A DNA stretch of 47,903 bases from Proteromonas lacertae (taxonomy: Eukaryota), in assembly GCA_002245135.1 (NCBI GenBank), contig NGBS01001202.1, positions 1 to 47,903 of the forward strand, written 5' to 3'. A program made the position numbers and the translations under genes. The notes beneath the pieces are model-generated. The model saw only the letters and a list, made by a program, of their open reading frames with translations. It did not search any database and had not been told where the DNA came from. This document shows, one piece after another, positions 14,901 to 28,981 of the stretch. The stretch's first letter is position 1. The number at the start of each line of letters is the position of its first letter.

Positions 14901-17692
14901 ACTTATATTCATTGAATTATTATCATTATTAATATTACTGCTATCATTTGAGATTGGTAACTCTTGAGTCTTACATAAAAACTTATCAAAACTAATAGCA
15001 ACATCTATTAATAGTTTTATTAATGTTCTGAAGAAGGAATGTGAGTAAGATTGACATCTAAATAATCTACTACATAATGGAATATATAATTGAGAGATAT
15101 AGGATGTTTTATATTCATTGATAAACTGATCTTGAGTGGTAGGATTATATTGTGCCATAAAATTGATTGAATCTAATGACAGGATTTGGAAATATTCATT
15201 AAAGAACATGGACAATAAATCTGGCTCAATTTCAGTTGTTGGATTTAATGCAAATATTTCAACGTAATCATCTTGATGAGACAAAGAGACAGTTGGATAT
15301 AAAACACAATTATTTGGTAAATTACTGAAAAAAGTAACAATTTTTCCATTATATTCAAAACTTAAGTTTCTACAATAACTATCATAACTCATTATTAATT
15401 CACTATCATTATTATTCATAACGAATATATTTTCATTATCTCTTGAGCTAATAATTTCACCTTTATTGTATATATATCCAGCACCATGATAACCATAACT
15501 ATTACTGTTAATACCTGTGAAACTTGGATAGCATTTCCTACCATCAGATAATCCAAATACTATTCTTTTAGGATTTCCATTGATTATGAATTTGTATCTA
15601 TAAATACCACTGCATGGATATATTCCTTCATTGGTAAATACACTTGAATATCTATTAGATTCAGAGTGATATGCCATATGGTTATTGATTGATATTGAAT
15701 TGTTGGATCTGGTTAAATTGAGTGGAATTGGTGATGATGAGGATGATATATTGGTGAAAGATAGCATATATTGAGTATAAGAATTCTATATATATATATA
15801 TATATATATATAATAAAATCATACTTGGTATATTGATAGTAATTTTGTTAAGATATTTGGTTTTATCTTATAATTAATTGGCATTTTTGTTATTATTCTT
15901 ACTAAATACATCATCTCATTATAGAAATATTTAATATATAAATATTCAGTCATTGATAAAGAATTTAAAAAATCATATACTAACTTATATTTCTCAATCA
16001 TTTCATTATTATTTTTTTCATTACTATCAATTTTATCAGTTGAAATTGCAATATCTAAATACTTCAGTATATATGGATTAGCTATTGTTTTTCCCATTGA
16101 AGTCTCTAGATCATGAATAGTAATTTGTTTATTTTCTAATTTCTTCTTCATCTATTTATATATTTATATAAATATATATATATATATTATACTTCATCTG
16201 GAATTGATAGTGTAAATCGTGGATCATGTGAATTCAATAGATCTAATACATATCCTAAATATCTAGTAATAATATTAGTCATCTCATTATAACATATAGC
16301 CATATATCTCTCTTTTAATATATTACAATAAGACACTGTATTACTTGTCTTTGCTGTATTACTTGTATTTGTATTTGTTGTAAATATACTTCTTGGGGTT
16401 TCGAAAAATGTGGTTGAATAATTGCATAATAATGATAAATAGATTGATGCTTTCATTGCTGATTCTCTTAAGGATATATAACATTGAGTATCTTCATCAG
16501 ATTTTAACTCTTCTTCTGGAGTTATATTGGAGTAGATTAAATCATTAATCAGTTTGTATAAATCGTAGATAAATGAATTTGATGTATTATTCTAACAAAT
16601 AATTATATATAGATAGATAAATATATATACTTCTAAACCACATTCTTTTGGATTTATATGTTGTTTCAACATATATTGAATATTATATTGTAATAAATCC
16701 ATTAATAATGTCAATGTCATTCTTATTATTACATTCTGTTTTGTGGTTTGATTCATCAAGTTAATATACTATAATAATATAAATAATATATATATATATA
16801 ATATACCTGTTTGATAATTGTATAGAATAATAAAAATGTTATTGGATTTGGATATAATGAAATATATGGAATTGAAATATTGTTGTTATAATTATTATCA
16901 CTTTCTATTAAGAAGTACTGATAGGCTAATCGATCTAAATGGCACAGAATCAATAAGTTATCTTCATATCTACTACTATGAGACAGATTTGTATGATTAT
17001 TAATAAATTTGTAAGATATATGAGGCATTTTATTATTTACATTATCTATTGCTCCAATACATTGTAAATCATTCACAAATGACAGTGATAGTAAAGGTTT
17101 GAAACTGTTTGGATTGTCATTTAGAATTGGTTGTTGAATTGAGAGTATAAATACTCCTAACAGCATTGGAGTAAGTGTAAAACTGTCAAGACTATTACGC
17201 ATATAATCTTCTAAACATATAGAGAATGAATTACCACTTGCTGTTGTTGAATTACTATTAATTATTAAAATAATCATATTTATATACAACATTAAAGATG
17301 GATTGTGCTGTAATACTCGGAATAATAAAGGACACAATTCTTTGATTTGGCTGAATGTAGATACTAACTGACTAGATAGAGAACTTGGGAAATAACAAGT
17401 GTATAAATCCTTCACATCAGGTAGAAATTGCATTGCTTTCATAACAGCTGGTTTTATTACTTCTGCATCCTAGTTATCATAAAATCTTACTAAATATACT
17501 GCTGATGCTGAACTATACAGCCCTTCTCTCGTAAATAAATGTAATACTTCTGAATAGATTTTGTCAGACCGAAATGTTGACAACAAAAATATTTCGTTCT
17601 AAACTTCAAATAAAAATATATACACATAGATTATCTTCGCACATATTATCACAATCATCATTACTATATTCATTCTTTTTTTCTATATTCAT
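5905..17692 (-). CDS. Giant multi-exon HECT E3 ubiquitin ligase (SPRY x3, UBA-like, MIB-HERC2, C-terminal HECT)
   Basis: C-terminal FTGEGVNDYGGPYR...PHSQTCFFSLSLP (catalytic Cys); IGDHVIRGPDWDWTDQD (MIB-HERC2); GKWYYEV...IQIGWA and GINYWEV SPRY motifs. ORFs 13792-17442 are linked by short GT-AG introns. Probable start MNIEKKNEY at 17692. Confidence 0.88.
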
Positions 17693-18593
17693 TTGTTCAG
17701 AAAAAATGAATGTAAAGTGAAAATAAATCAAACGAAATATAAGGTTCGGTCATAATTTGAGTAAAATACTCTTCAAAATTACATTTCTTTATTTCTTTGT
17801 TATTGATGATTATTTTCGACAGTCAGTGTGATATTAATCTTTATATTTGATTAATCAATATATTTGATGTTTTTCAGTTGAATATTTATTTCATTTAACG
17901 GATGTGCTAAATTAAACTATTTATTTAATGTTTATCGAAAGAGCTATACATAGAAAATATACGACAAAACTTTAGTTTTTATTATTCTGAGTATTAAATA
18001 GATTTTTGTAGTATATTCTCTCAATATAATAATATATCTTGTATTTCTTTATACTAAAAGGCATATCAAAGTAAAATTAGTTGAAAATAGAAAAATGACA
18101 TTATTTACTAGTTTTGACAATACAACAAACAAAATAAAGTAATGCATATCCTCACATATCTTGAATATATGTTGTTGATATTCTACTTTTTCATCTTTTC
18201 ATAAGTTGATTTATCTACATTAGAATAGATAAAACAAAATTGAGCTTTAATATCTTCAGCTACAATAATAAGTTGGAATAAATGAGAAACACCAAGAGTT
18301 GCACTCTTGATAAATACTCTCAGAACAATATTCTTTCTTTTTGGAGAGATTAAAATCCAACTAATGGTTGTTCCTTTAATTGAATGAATTAGCATCAAAT
18401 CTTAAAGACCTGAGTATATTTCCCTGTTTAGTTTAAATTTTAAAAATTGAGTAAAACAATCGATAAAATAGATCTAATTTATCGGTTGTTTTTTAATTGT
18501 TTATTGTTACAATCGAAATTTTGATTTTTCTTTATTTTATATACCATTTAATCATTATATATATTATAAATCTAGGTCAATATATGTTTAGTA

Positions 18594-19529
18594 ATGTCCA
18601 ACAATTATAATCCAAATATATTCGAAAACTCTTCAGACAGTTTAAATACACATTCTCAAAAAAGAAAATTAAATTCAGATGAATCAGAAATACCCAAAAT
18701 GATTACTTCATTTATTCCAACTTCATTAAAAACAAGATCGTTGAATCAAACTTATTCTGCTCCTACACCCATAAACTCTCAATTTGGATTATACAATACC
18801 ATGAAACCTGAAGAAATGAATGTACTTCTAGAGTCAAATAGATGTTACGATAGTTTTCCTGTGATAATAGATGAATATGATGTTAGAAATCCCAATATAT
18901 ATGACATCAGTAAGGAGGAAATACTAAAAGAAATAAGCGAAGAAAAAAACCGTAAATACATGGAAGAACAAAAAGAACGAGAAAAAGAAAGAAGAAGAAA
19001 AGAAAAACTGGAAGAAGAACAAGTAATAGAAAGTTTAAAGAAAAATCCATTTTCAAGAGAAGCAAAAGATCGATTAATGAATGGAAGAGGTCGAGGTCGA
19101 GAAATGACATTACCGGCTTGGATGATGAAAGATGTACCTGAAAATATATTTGCAAATAATAATAGTCAAATAGAAAATAATTTAATAATTTCTAAAGATA
19201 CTTCCTTGTGTTTTATTGATAAGAAATATGGTTCCTTTAAATAAAGTTGATTTAAATTTGAAAGTCTAAAATATTATTATATATAATGAATAATAGTATG
19301 ATGTAAAGAACAAATGTAATGAATTTGGAAGAATTAAAAAAGTAATAATCCATAAAAATGGAAATGCAATAAGAAAAGAAGATGAAGTTCGAATATTTGT
19401 TTTATTTGAAAGTGAAATCGATGCTTGAGCTGCTTATGATGGTTTGAATAAAAGAAGATATGACAATCATAAAATAGAGATTGATTACTGTGATGAAGCT
19501 AAAGATTAGATTTTGATCCACTTATTTAA
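18594..19529 (+). pseudogene. SPF45/RBM17-like splicing factor with C-terminal UHM (RRM), disrupted
   Basis: PCVLLIRNMVPLNKVDLNLK (+1 frame from ~19200), intron 19264-19296, then YDVKNKCNEFGRIKKVII...EVRIFVLFESEIDA*AAYDGLNKRRYD. In-frame TGA at 19426-19428 and a probable further frame break near 19505. Confidence 0.65.
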
Positions 19530-19950
19530 TGTTTTGTTTTGTTAATGTTTGTGTTTTTTTTATATAATGAAAATATAGTCGTTTCTATTTTCATAATTGA
19601 TTTTCTTGTCATTCTGATGTAAATGAAATGTAATAATCAATATATGGATATAATTATAAAGTTATGTAATTGAGTTGTGGCTATAAATGCAGAAAGAGTA
19701 TAAAGGAATGATTATGAAGTTTAAATGGTAGCTTTACATATATATCCAGCGTATATGAAAATTATAATCATTTATCAACATTTGTTAGTTTATAAACATT
19801 TATCTATATAATATTTACTTGATATAATAATAATGAATGAATATGAATAAAATAAAATAATTACATTGTAGAATATAAATAATATAAAGAGAATGATTGT
19901 GCAATCAATTATCGTTTGAAAAAATTAAAGGAGAAAGGATTATTGAAATA

Positions 19951-20224
19951 TCAAAGAGATTTATAAATAAACCAACATCTACAAGGTTGACATTTTTTGG
20001 AAGATAATAACCATTTTTCTATACAATGAACATGGAAACTATGCTTACAACTACCTCTTTCTATCACATACAATAGTTTTCTGTTTTTATATACTAATTC
20101 TACAATTTCTTCCAGGAGAATTGCATTCTGGACAACAACCATCAAATGGACTTTGACAAATCCCACAAAATTCTTCTTTTATATTCCAAGACCAAAAACC
20201 AACTCCTTCAAATCTATTCTTCAT
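19951..20224 (-). CDS. APC11: Anaphase-promoting complex RING-H2 subunit 11
   Basis: FEGVGFWSWNIKEEFCGICQSPFDGCCPECNSPGRNCRI, intron 20061-20094, then RGSCKHSFHVHCIEKWL...CQPCR; start uncertain. Confidence 0.82.
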
Positions 20225-20440
20225 TATTTATATTAAATACTCTATTTTGATACAGTTTTAACAATTTTTATACTTTTTATCTTGATTGAGAAAGGCACAG
20301 ACAAACAAAATCAATTTGAAATTTAAAAAATAACAAACATGTTTGAGAAAATGTATTTTGAAAAAATAAAAAAACAACAAAAGTAAATGAAATTAGATGA
20401 ATAAAAAATCAATATAAAATAGCAAATAGATATAAATATG

Positions 20441-22565
20441 TTAATCTTGACGATAAGCTGATAATAATTCTATACAACTATCTTTACATTCTAAATCAGC
20501 ATAAGGATATAATGGAGAAGGTAAATCTTTAACAAGTAAAACAGGAGATGAATCATTATGACTTATCCAAAATTCTCTTTTATTCATATCAATAATCACT
20601 TCATAAATTGAACCATCTCCATGATTGAAATTTGGATCTGTATTAACAACTGTTCCAATATGACAATATCTAGTAATATCTTGACTTTTACCACTCCATG
20701 CAACATAATTACATGTAAATGGTTCCTCATAAATACCACAACAAGAACATGTATTATTAGTTGATAATCCTATATAAATACAACTAAAATCATTTGATAA
20801 TGTGTTATAATATTTATATTTGATATGATAAATTCCACTTTCCATTTTTAAATTTAAATAACAATATACATCACATTCTTCAAATGGACAAGTCATTAAT
20901 TTTCCATTATTTGACACTTTTTTAACATCATCATAACCATTATGATGATATATAAATCTGGCTAATAATAATTCTAATGAAATTTTGAATTTGTTTTCAC
21001 TTTGATTATTTTTACAACTTATTTCATATTCTCTCTTTTCATATCCATTATCTACTTTTCCATGAATTATTCCATTTTCTTTATTTATTATTAAACCATC
21101 AGGTAAGGAAGGATTTATCGAAAATTCACATCGATTTCCATCATATGAAGGAATTATAGAGATTTCTTCATTTGCATCAAATATATAATCAAATTGAGGA
21201 TATGAAAGTGAAGTAATTCTTTCTGTTTTTAATTCTTTCAATAATTCTTTATCTTTCATTATTTCACTCATTTCTTCTTCTTCTTCTAAACTCAATTTAT
21301 TTTCTTTTATATAATTCACTACTAACTCTTTTGGTGTGTTGTTTAAATAATTATCTTCATTCAACATACTGAAAAGAATTTCTTTTCCACAATGATCTTC
21401 TATTGATGAAATATTCTTTCTATCATCTATAAATAAACATAAACATTTCATGGTTCGATTTCTTTTATTCTTATTATATTCCAAACATAATCTATCCAAT
21501 ATATTTCTCTTATCAATATTTGAGATATATTCTATATAAAATATATTTTTAGTATTTATACTTTCGATCTTCATTCTTTTGTATTTTATTATCATTAATA
21601 CTATTTCTGTAATTTTCATTTTATTCATTTCAATTAACTTGATAATATTATCATCCAATTCTTCCTGTTTTATCTTCATTAAACTTTCTTTTTCTTCTTC
21701 ACTAAATTCTTTTTCTTTATTATCTTCAACATAATTATTCACAACTATATTTTGTATATTTTCATCTTTTATCTCATATAAATCGATATAGTTATTTGAT
21801 TCTTTCTTTTTCAATTGGATTTTCATTTCTTTCAACATTTCTTTATTCTCTTTTTCTATCTCATTCTCTTTTATCTTTTCACAATCAATATCTTCTTCTA
21901 TTAAACACTTAAAATCATCTTTAATCTCTTCACTATTCTTTTTGGATTTATACCATTCTAATAAGCGATTTAATAACCAACTCTCACTTCGAATTATCAC
22001 ATCTTTCATATTTAATATCTCTATCAAATTATTCATTTCTAATCTCAACAAATATTCATTCTTATATAAATATTTATATCCTCGCTTTTCTATTTCCATA
22101 TTTTTCAATTCTTCTATCTCTCTTAAACATCCTGGAAATACATTACAGATATGAATTAATTTCATTAACACATCTTCATCTATATTATTCTTCATAAATT
22201 CATAACAATCATTTATTATCTCTTTTTCACTATAACATAAACAAAACATCAACACTTCACACACATTCTCTTTACACATTATCAGTTCACCACCACTGTA
22301 GTATTTCTCCATCTCATAATAGCCAATTTCTTCGATTTCTTCATATAACTCCAAAACTCCAACAAACTCACGATCTAATAACAGTTTCTTTACAGTTTCA
22401 TTTCCATTCACTAAAATTGACTTGATTGACATTATTCGACTATCTCCAATCTTCACTTCTATATCACCAAAACCACTTTCAACCAATTTTCGACATAATC
22501 TATCATAAATATAAATATAAAATATACCCCTCTTCTCTTATGCTTTTATTCACTTTTATTATCAT
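20441..22565 (-). CDS. BTB/BACK-like + He_PIG (putative Ig) + SPRY-like domain protein
   Basis: GFGDIEVKIG and KENVCEVLMFC (BTB-like); FSINPSLPDGLIINKENGIIHG (He_PIG); C-terminal EVIIDMNKREFWI...LYPYADL (SPRY-like); short first exon from 22565 plus one intron. Confidence 0.7.
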
Positions 22566-23127
22566 CTTTATGTAAATATATAACAAAAATAACGAAATTT
22601 GATTTTTATCAAAATTTTGAATACAAATTTCAAAATGATTTTTATTTCACAAACTGTCTCAATTTCTTAATAATTTCAATGTAATTGATTAGATTAGAAT
22701 GAATGGTGTTAATATTACATCATGGGATAGTTTATAATTCATAATATAAACATTAGTTTGTGATTTGAGAAAGAAATCTACTAGAGATATGATGGCAATA
22801 TTCATTATGCTTAAACTCATATAATAAAATTGTAATTAATATTTGAAAATGTGTTTGATGAGATTTACTTAATTACTATACAAACAAAACAAAATATTTA
22901 GATATTGTAATATTTAGAATATAATTTGTTACTAAGTAGTTGATATTATTTATTGTTTGCAAAATAGATTAGACAGTGTTATTATGCTTATTATTGAATA
23001 TAGAAATGATAATAAACCTAGAGAATGTTGAGAGGAACTTGGACTGTATTATGGTGATGATGGTGTATATATTGAAGTTGAGTATAAACGACATTAACAT
23101 TTTATATTTTTTCCTATAAACACACAA

Positions 23128-23135
23128 AACAAACA
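23128..23135 (-). promoter_or_regulatory. TGTTTGTT 3'-processing/polyadenylation-associated motif
   Basis: Exact motif 24 nt after the stop at 23160 on the coding strand; another at 20332-20339 behind the BTB gene. Confidence 0.55.
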
Positions 23136-23159
23136 CAAATAAAAACATATTACCAATTT

Positions 23160-25222
23160 CTAACTTAATTCTTTCAGTTTATTTATCACTTCTTTGTATA
23201 ATTTGTAATATTCTTTAATCACTCTCTTATCTTCACTTGTTGCAATTCTACCATTCTTTTCTTCGAATTCATTCTCCCACTGTTGTAACAGCTGTTTCCA
23301 TTTGTTCTTTAACTTACTTAACAACACTAAATCATTCTTATTTATCTCTTTCTTTGTTTTATGACTTAATTGGATCATTTCTTTTTCTAATACACTTCGC
23401 TTCTTTTTGTGTCGAATTATCTTTTCTTCACCTAAAAATCTATTTCCTACAAATGCAGATAAGGCTAATAACTTTGTTAAGATTTGTCTTTTCCGTTTAG
23501 GTATTAATATCTATATTTATATAATATATAAAAATAGAATTAAATACATTTTGATGATATCTTTCTTGTAATCTTTCTGAAAACTCACTATATTCTTTCT
23601 CAAATAATTCATTCTTTAAATAACTTTCATTTCCACATTCTTCTATCGCAAATGATATATCAGATAATGCTTCTCTTAGTGAATATTGAAGTATGTGACC
23701 CATACGCTTCGATTCTAAATAATATTCATGCAAATTCTTTCGTAAATAATCCAATTTCTTTATAGGTTTTAATGTGGCTGGAATAAACTCCAAATTATAT
23801 AATACTTTCTATTTTCATTATGTATATATATATATATAATATACTTTTGTTTGTCTTAAAGTGATAATCCAATTAGATAATTGTGTTTGACCTAACTCTG
23901 TTATTGGTTGAGGAGGATAAGGCCATCTTGCTTTTAATGGAGCAAATATTAACTATTTCAATTATATTATATATTTATATACCATTGAAATTATTCCAAA
24001 TATCAATATACCTAACCATATTATTACTAACAATATTGTTAGATTATTATCAACTAAATAAGCATTTCGAGTACTTGTACATTTCAAATAACCTAAGAAT
24101 AATGTAGCAATATTTCCAAATGATAAAAAGCAATTCAAATAATTACAAACACCTGAACGAAATGGAGTAAAAATTGTGAAATATCTATTCATTATAAATA
24201 TACACTAATACATTGTCCATAATGTATAAATGAAAAACATAACAATTGATTGAGCTTCAGATGATTCTCTCATGGTTGCATAGAATATTATGAAAAATAT
24301 TTTCAAACAACACATTGCTGGTCGATAATATACACTGTTTCGTTTAAAACTCGAATATAAAGGCAACCAAAATACACTCCAATTATTATCTAAATTTCGA
24401 CAATACTCTTCTTCTTTCCACATTATGTAGATTTCATGTTCTTTTGTCATACTGTAAACTAAATGTTTATTTATTAATATTATATATAATATTGGATAAC
24501 CAATTATATATATTAATGTTAAAGGAATGCAGAATATTATTGAGATTATATGAGAACTTCCAAAACATTTTACTGAAGGATCACAGTCTAAAAAGGGTGA
24601 GATTTCTCGAATATTACTACTTTTACAGATTAATAAACGACACATCGCTGTAAGAATAGGTAAATATAAAAAATCTAATATTGTTAATAGAGGATATTGA
24701 ACTTTTCGTTTTTTATATAAAAAATTCTGGTGTCTTGCTTTTAGTTCAAATAAACGATATATATAACTATTAATATATAATACTAATATATACTATATTC
24801 CTAACAATATTAAAAAGCACATCAACAAACAGGCAAATACTAGATAATACTTCATTTCACCCCATTCTGATCGAATTGATGAAGTTCGTACTTGCTCCTT
24901 CTTTAAATGGCTTTCTTAATTGAGTATAATCATATATAGCGAAGATATCTAAGTTCAATATTTCAATTGGAAACGAATAGTCTTTCCACATTATAGGCCA
25001 TTTCCAAGCACAAATCCAAATGAGTGAAAATATTTGTAAAGCATCTAAAAATATTGTTACTACGTCCTTCCAAAATAAATCTACACTTTTACGATATTTC
25101 AACAACTCCTTCAACTTTTTTTGATCACCGTATTTGTCCTTAATTATAAGTGTCTGACCTTCTTCAAATAACTCTTGTGTTCCATTTAATGAAGATCTCA
25201 AACTAAAATTCCTATTATTCAT
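23160..25222 (-). CDS. Uncharacterised multi-exon multi-pass membrane protein with C-terminal coiled coil
   Basis: Collinear ORFs 24857-25222, 24205-24645, 23962-24192, 23497-23793 and 23160-23378 joined by short introns; many hydrophobic helices; tail WENEFEEKNGRIATSEDK resembles FAM13/Sld2-type helical motifs. Confidence 0.6.
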
Positions 25223-25305
25223 TAAATTAAATAAAGAAACTGCTTTAAAATTTTGAATAGTTTGAATAAGGTTTGAGTCTTTTATTTTATTTTAATTTAT
25301 CACTC

Positions 25306-26009
25306 ATGGGAAATAGAGAATCAACACCAATAGTTACATATGAATTAGTATCAACAGAATTAAGTAATGGTAGATTAGAAGAGTTTTTTGTATCACTTTT
25401 ATTTTTATTAGAAATAATAGCAATATTTTCAACAGTTATGTGATCAATCACCAGATTTTGTCCCTAAACATAAAATTTTAAAGAAATTCCAGCAACAACT
25501 GCCGTTATTAGACGAATTTTTGCGGAATAGGCTGTTTATGGCATTCAATGTTAGTGGAAATGATAAGATGAGTTTTCAAGAGTTTGCAATAATGCTTTAC
25601 GTATTTGAAGCAAAAGATGAGGATTTTCGCTTAATGGCTATATTTCGAATTTTAGATCTAGATGGTGATGGTATACTATCCAAGAATGATTTTAAGAAAG
25701 CATTTCTAAAGATTTTAGGAGGTATATCACTTGTTTTTAATACATTTTAGCAAATCAACCGATAGGAATGGACAATGCATCAAAATAATAGCTTAAGTAT
25801 AAATAATATTGTATAATGTAATAGTAAAATATTCCATAGAAGATTTTGAACCAATAGTTAATATAATGGTTGAATCATACTTTGCAATAATGGAAAACAG
25901 ATCTAAATCTCAAAGAATAGATGTAAATGAATGGATATCATCTCGATGCTCATCTATAGAAGTCACAAAAATTATTGATTCAATGACAAAATTCGATATT
26001 TCAAAATGA
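25306..26009 (+). CDS. N-myristoylated EF-hand calcium sensor (calcineurin B/NCS-like)
   Basis: MGNRES fits MGxxxS; EF loop DLDGDGILSKNDF; introns 25390-25420, 25722-25750, 25797-25824; one +1 frame break at 25783-25788. Confidence 0.72.
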
Positions 26010-26109
26010 ATAAGAGATCTCTATGTTTTAGTCTTTAATACACAAAAATACAATAATAATAAATGTACTTAATTAATTAACTTTTCTTTTTATTTATATA
26101 ATTATGTGT

Positions 26110-27060
26110 TTATTCTGAAGAAGTTAATTCATTGATAATCCTTACACTTGAGCTAGTTCCTAATCTAGAAGCACCAGCATCAAGCATTTCAGTTGCATTA
26201 TCCAATGATCTTATACCTCCACTAGCTTTTACTCTCATGTGATATCTTTCAGCTTCTTGAGACATTAACTTCACATCAGTTGCATTAGCACCTTCCTTTT
26301 GGAAGCCTGTTGATGTTTTAACAAAGTCTACTCCTATATCACCACATAATCTCACTACTTTTTTAATTTCTTTTCTGTTCAACAAACAGGTTTCAATTAT
26401 CACTTTAACAAGTACATTATTCTTATGACATTCAACTACAATTGGAATTATTTCTTCATTTAAGTATTTCAAGTCATTTTCTTTCAATGCTGCTACATTG
26501 ATAACCATATCTAATTCATCAGCTCCATCCTTTATAGCCATCTTAGCTTCTTGTAATTTTATCTCTGGAGTTGTTACACCAAGCGGGAAACCGATTACAC
26601 AACATATTTTTACATCAGACTCTTTATATTGCAAATAATGTTTTGCTTCTCTTACAAAACTATTTAATAGATAATAAAATGGAGTTTATACATTGGCGGA
26701 ATACATATAGACCAGAAATGATACTTTACTGCTTCTTCACATACTTGTTCAATATCACGAAGTGTAGCACTTGGCTATACAGTAAAAATAATTCAGTAAA
26801 TATACACTTAACAGGGTATGATCAATGCTTTGAGTTAATTCGTGAGGCGTTATATCAGCATAGGCAATAACACCAGCTGTTGCAGCTATTCCTCCAATAA
26901 TTCCAAATAATAATGGCTTTGAGAAATTGTTTACTTTTGGAGCAGATGTAACTAAAGATCTACTCATTACTCTTGGTGCTTCCCTAACAAAGGTTCTTGA
27001 TGCTCTATAGGTATATCAATTATTCTTATACTTGAAAAGATTTCTAGAAAAGCCAAACAT
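26110..27060 (-). CDS. deoC: Deoxyribose-phosphate aldolase with N-terminal organelle-targeting-like extension
   Basis: IDHTLL, VIGFPLG, GADELDMVIN, VKVIIET, FVKTSTGF (Schiff-base Lys), VKASGGIR, GASRLGTSS; ATG at 27060; 27-nt intron 27005-27031 and two more short introns. Confidence 0.93.
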
Positions 27061-27201
27061 TTAGATTTTTAAAATGAAAAGATATTGAATATATATGCGT
27101 TTCAGATTTTCATTATTCTCTTTTTTCATCAATATTTAACACAACAATCGCAAAATCATAACAACACTATATAAATACGATATAAAGCACACTAAAAAAG
27201 A

Positions 27202-28945
27202 CTATTCTAATGGTTGAATTGGATGATGTTTAATAAAACATATCACAATCAAGAAGAACAAAATAGCTAAAACTACTACAACTATAACTATGCAAATTGT
27301 CATCAAGTCAGTAGAAATTCTACAATTATCTACAGTAGATTCCCACATAGGCTGAAGAATGTTCATTTCATTCATAACACAATTTCTATACATATTACCA
27401 CTTTTAGTACCAGTACAAGATAAAGACACTTTTTCTCCCATTTCAGTAACTGGCCAACGACCATCCTTTTTACAATATAACACTTTCACTTCAATAGTAA
27501 CTGTCACATTTTCATTGTTTATTTCATTGTTATTTTGATTGGTTGATTGAACTGTTATATTGTACGATTTAAGACTGTCTTCTTGTAACGGCATTCCTGA
27601 CAACACTCCTGTAGTTTCACTGAATGAAAGGCCACTTGGTAATGGTGAATTTAGTATATACCTAATATTATATCCTATTGAACTAACTAATACATAATCT
27701 CTACTCAATTCTACATTCTTATAAAAATATTTGTCTGTTTTGAATTTAATAAAATAGATTTTTCAGAATATTTAATTCCCATTATAATATCCTTTGTCAC
27801 TGATAAACTAGATAAAGAAGTTCTTTCTACAGATTTTATATCTTTATTACTACTTATTGTAATTGTATATAATTTCACATAACTTTCTTCAAGTGGTTTG
27901 CCACTAATCAAGCCTGTATTCTTATTAAACGATAAACCAGCTGGTAATTCAGGATGAATTGAATATGAAATATTCTGACCAACTCCTTGAAATATCTTCA
28001 CATCATTTACTTCAATTCCTATTAAAAATATATCTTCAGTTTCAATTGATATAAACTGTGGAATTGTTGCTTCAATGAATGTTAAATATATATTAATAGA
28101 AACTACACCTTCTGTATTTGATATTGTAAATATATATAAAGTTGGATTTTCATTGATTTCTGTACATTTACCTGAAATATATCCATTTGAATTAAGAGTC
28201 AAGCCATTTGGTAAAGCTTGATCAACTGAATACTTTAGATTTGAACCAGCAACTTTGAATAATGAAAGATTAGTATAATTTTCATTCACATAAAACACAT
28301 ATTCTCTTTCTTGACTGATAATTGATGGATACTCTGATGAAATACATTCTAAAGATATCTTTTTAGTTAAAATATTGTCATTATCATAATGAATAATCAT
28401 ATCAAAATCAATTTTTGAAAAACTCTTTGTTGAAATACCAGATATTGATCCAGTAAATGGATTTAAAGTTAAACCATCAGGTAATTTTGGTTTTATTTCA
28501 TAATATAAATCCACACCTAAAGCAAATATCATTATAAGAGATTTGACTTCCACATATTGATATAGTTGATAAGAATCAATATAATCTATAATATTTGGTT
28601 CAGTAGGAGAAACAACTTCAATTTGAACAACAGCATTGAAATAACCATAATCATTAGAAGCAGTAAATAGATAAGATCGTAATAAATATTCAGTATAAAC
28701 AATACCTTTATATTTACCAGGTGTAACTTCTACTAAACCAAGTGGCAAATCAGGATAGACTGTCACTTTATTGATATAACCACTCGCTTTAAAATATTCT
28801 ACTACTCCTTCATCTTTACCAACATAATAAACGTATTTCTCTATTACATCTAAAATATGGGGAGATTCTTCACAAGTTGAGTTTATTTGTAACCATTTAG
28901 GATCTTTAGTATAAGGACAATAAAACTCATCAAAATTTGTAGTAA

Positions 28946-28981
<36 letters not shown>

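Noticed and set aside
18183..18398. 71-aa ORF between the HECT and SPF45-like genes
   Set aside because: No recognisable motif or splice partner; cannot be supported
19239..19244. AAA TAA as a programmed +1 site in the SPF45-like gene
   Set aside because: The conserved VLLIRNMV lies upstream in the +1 frame, so the shift must occur earlier; AAA TAA is common here and ends the Cys-rich gene normally
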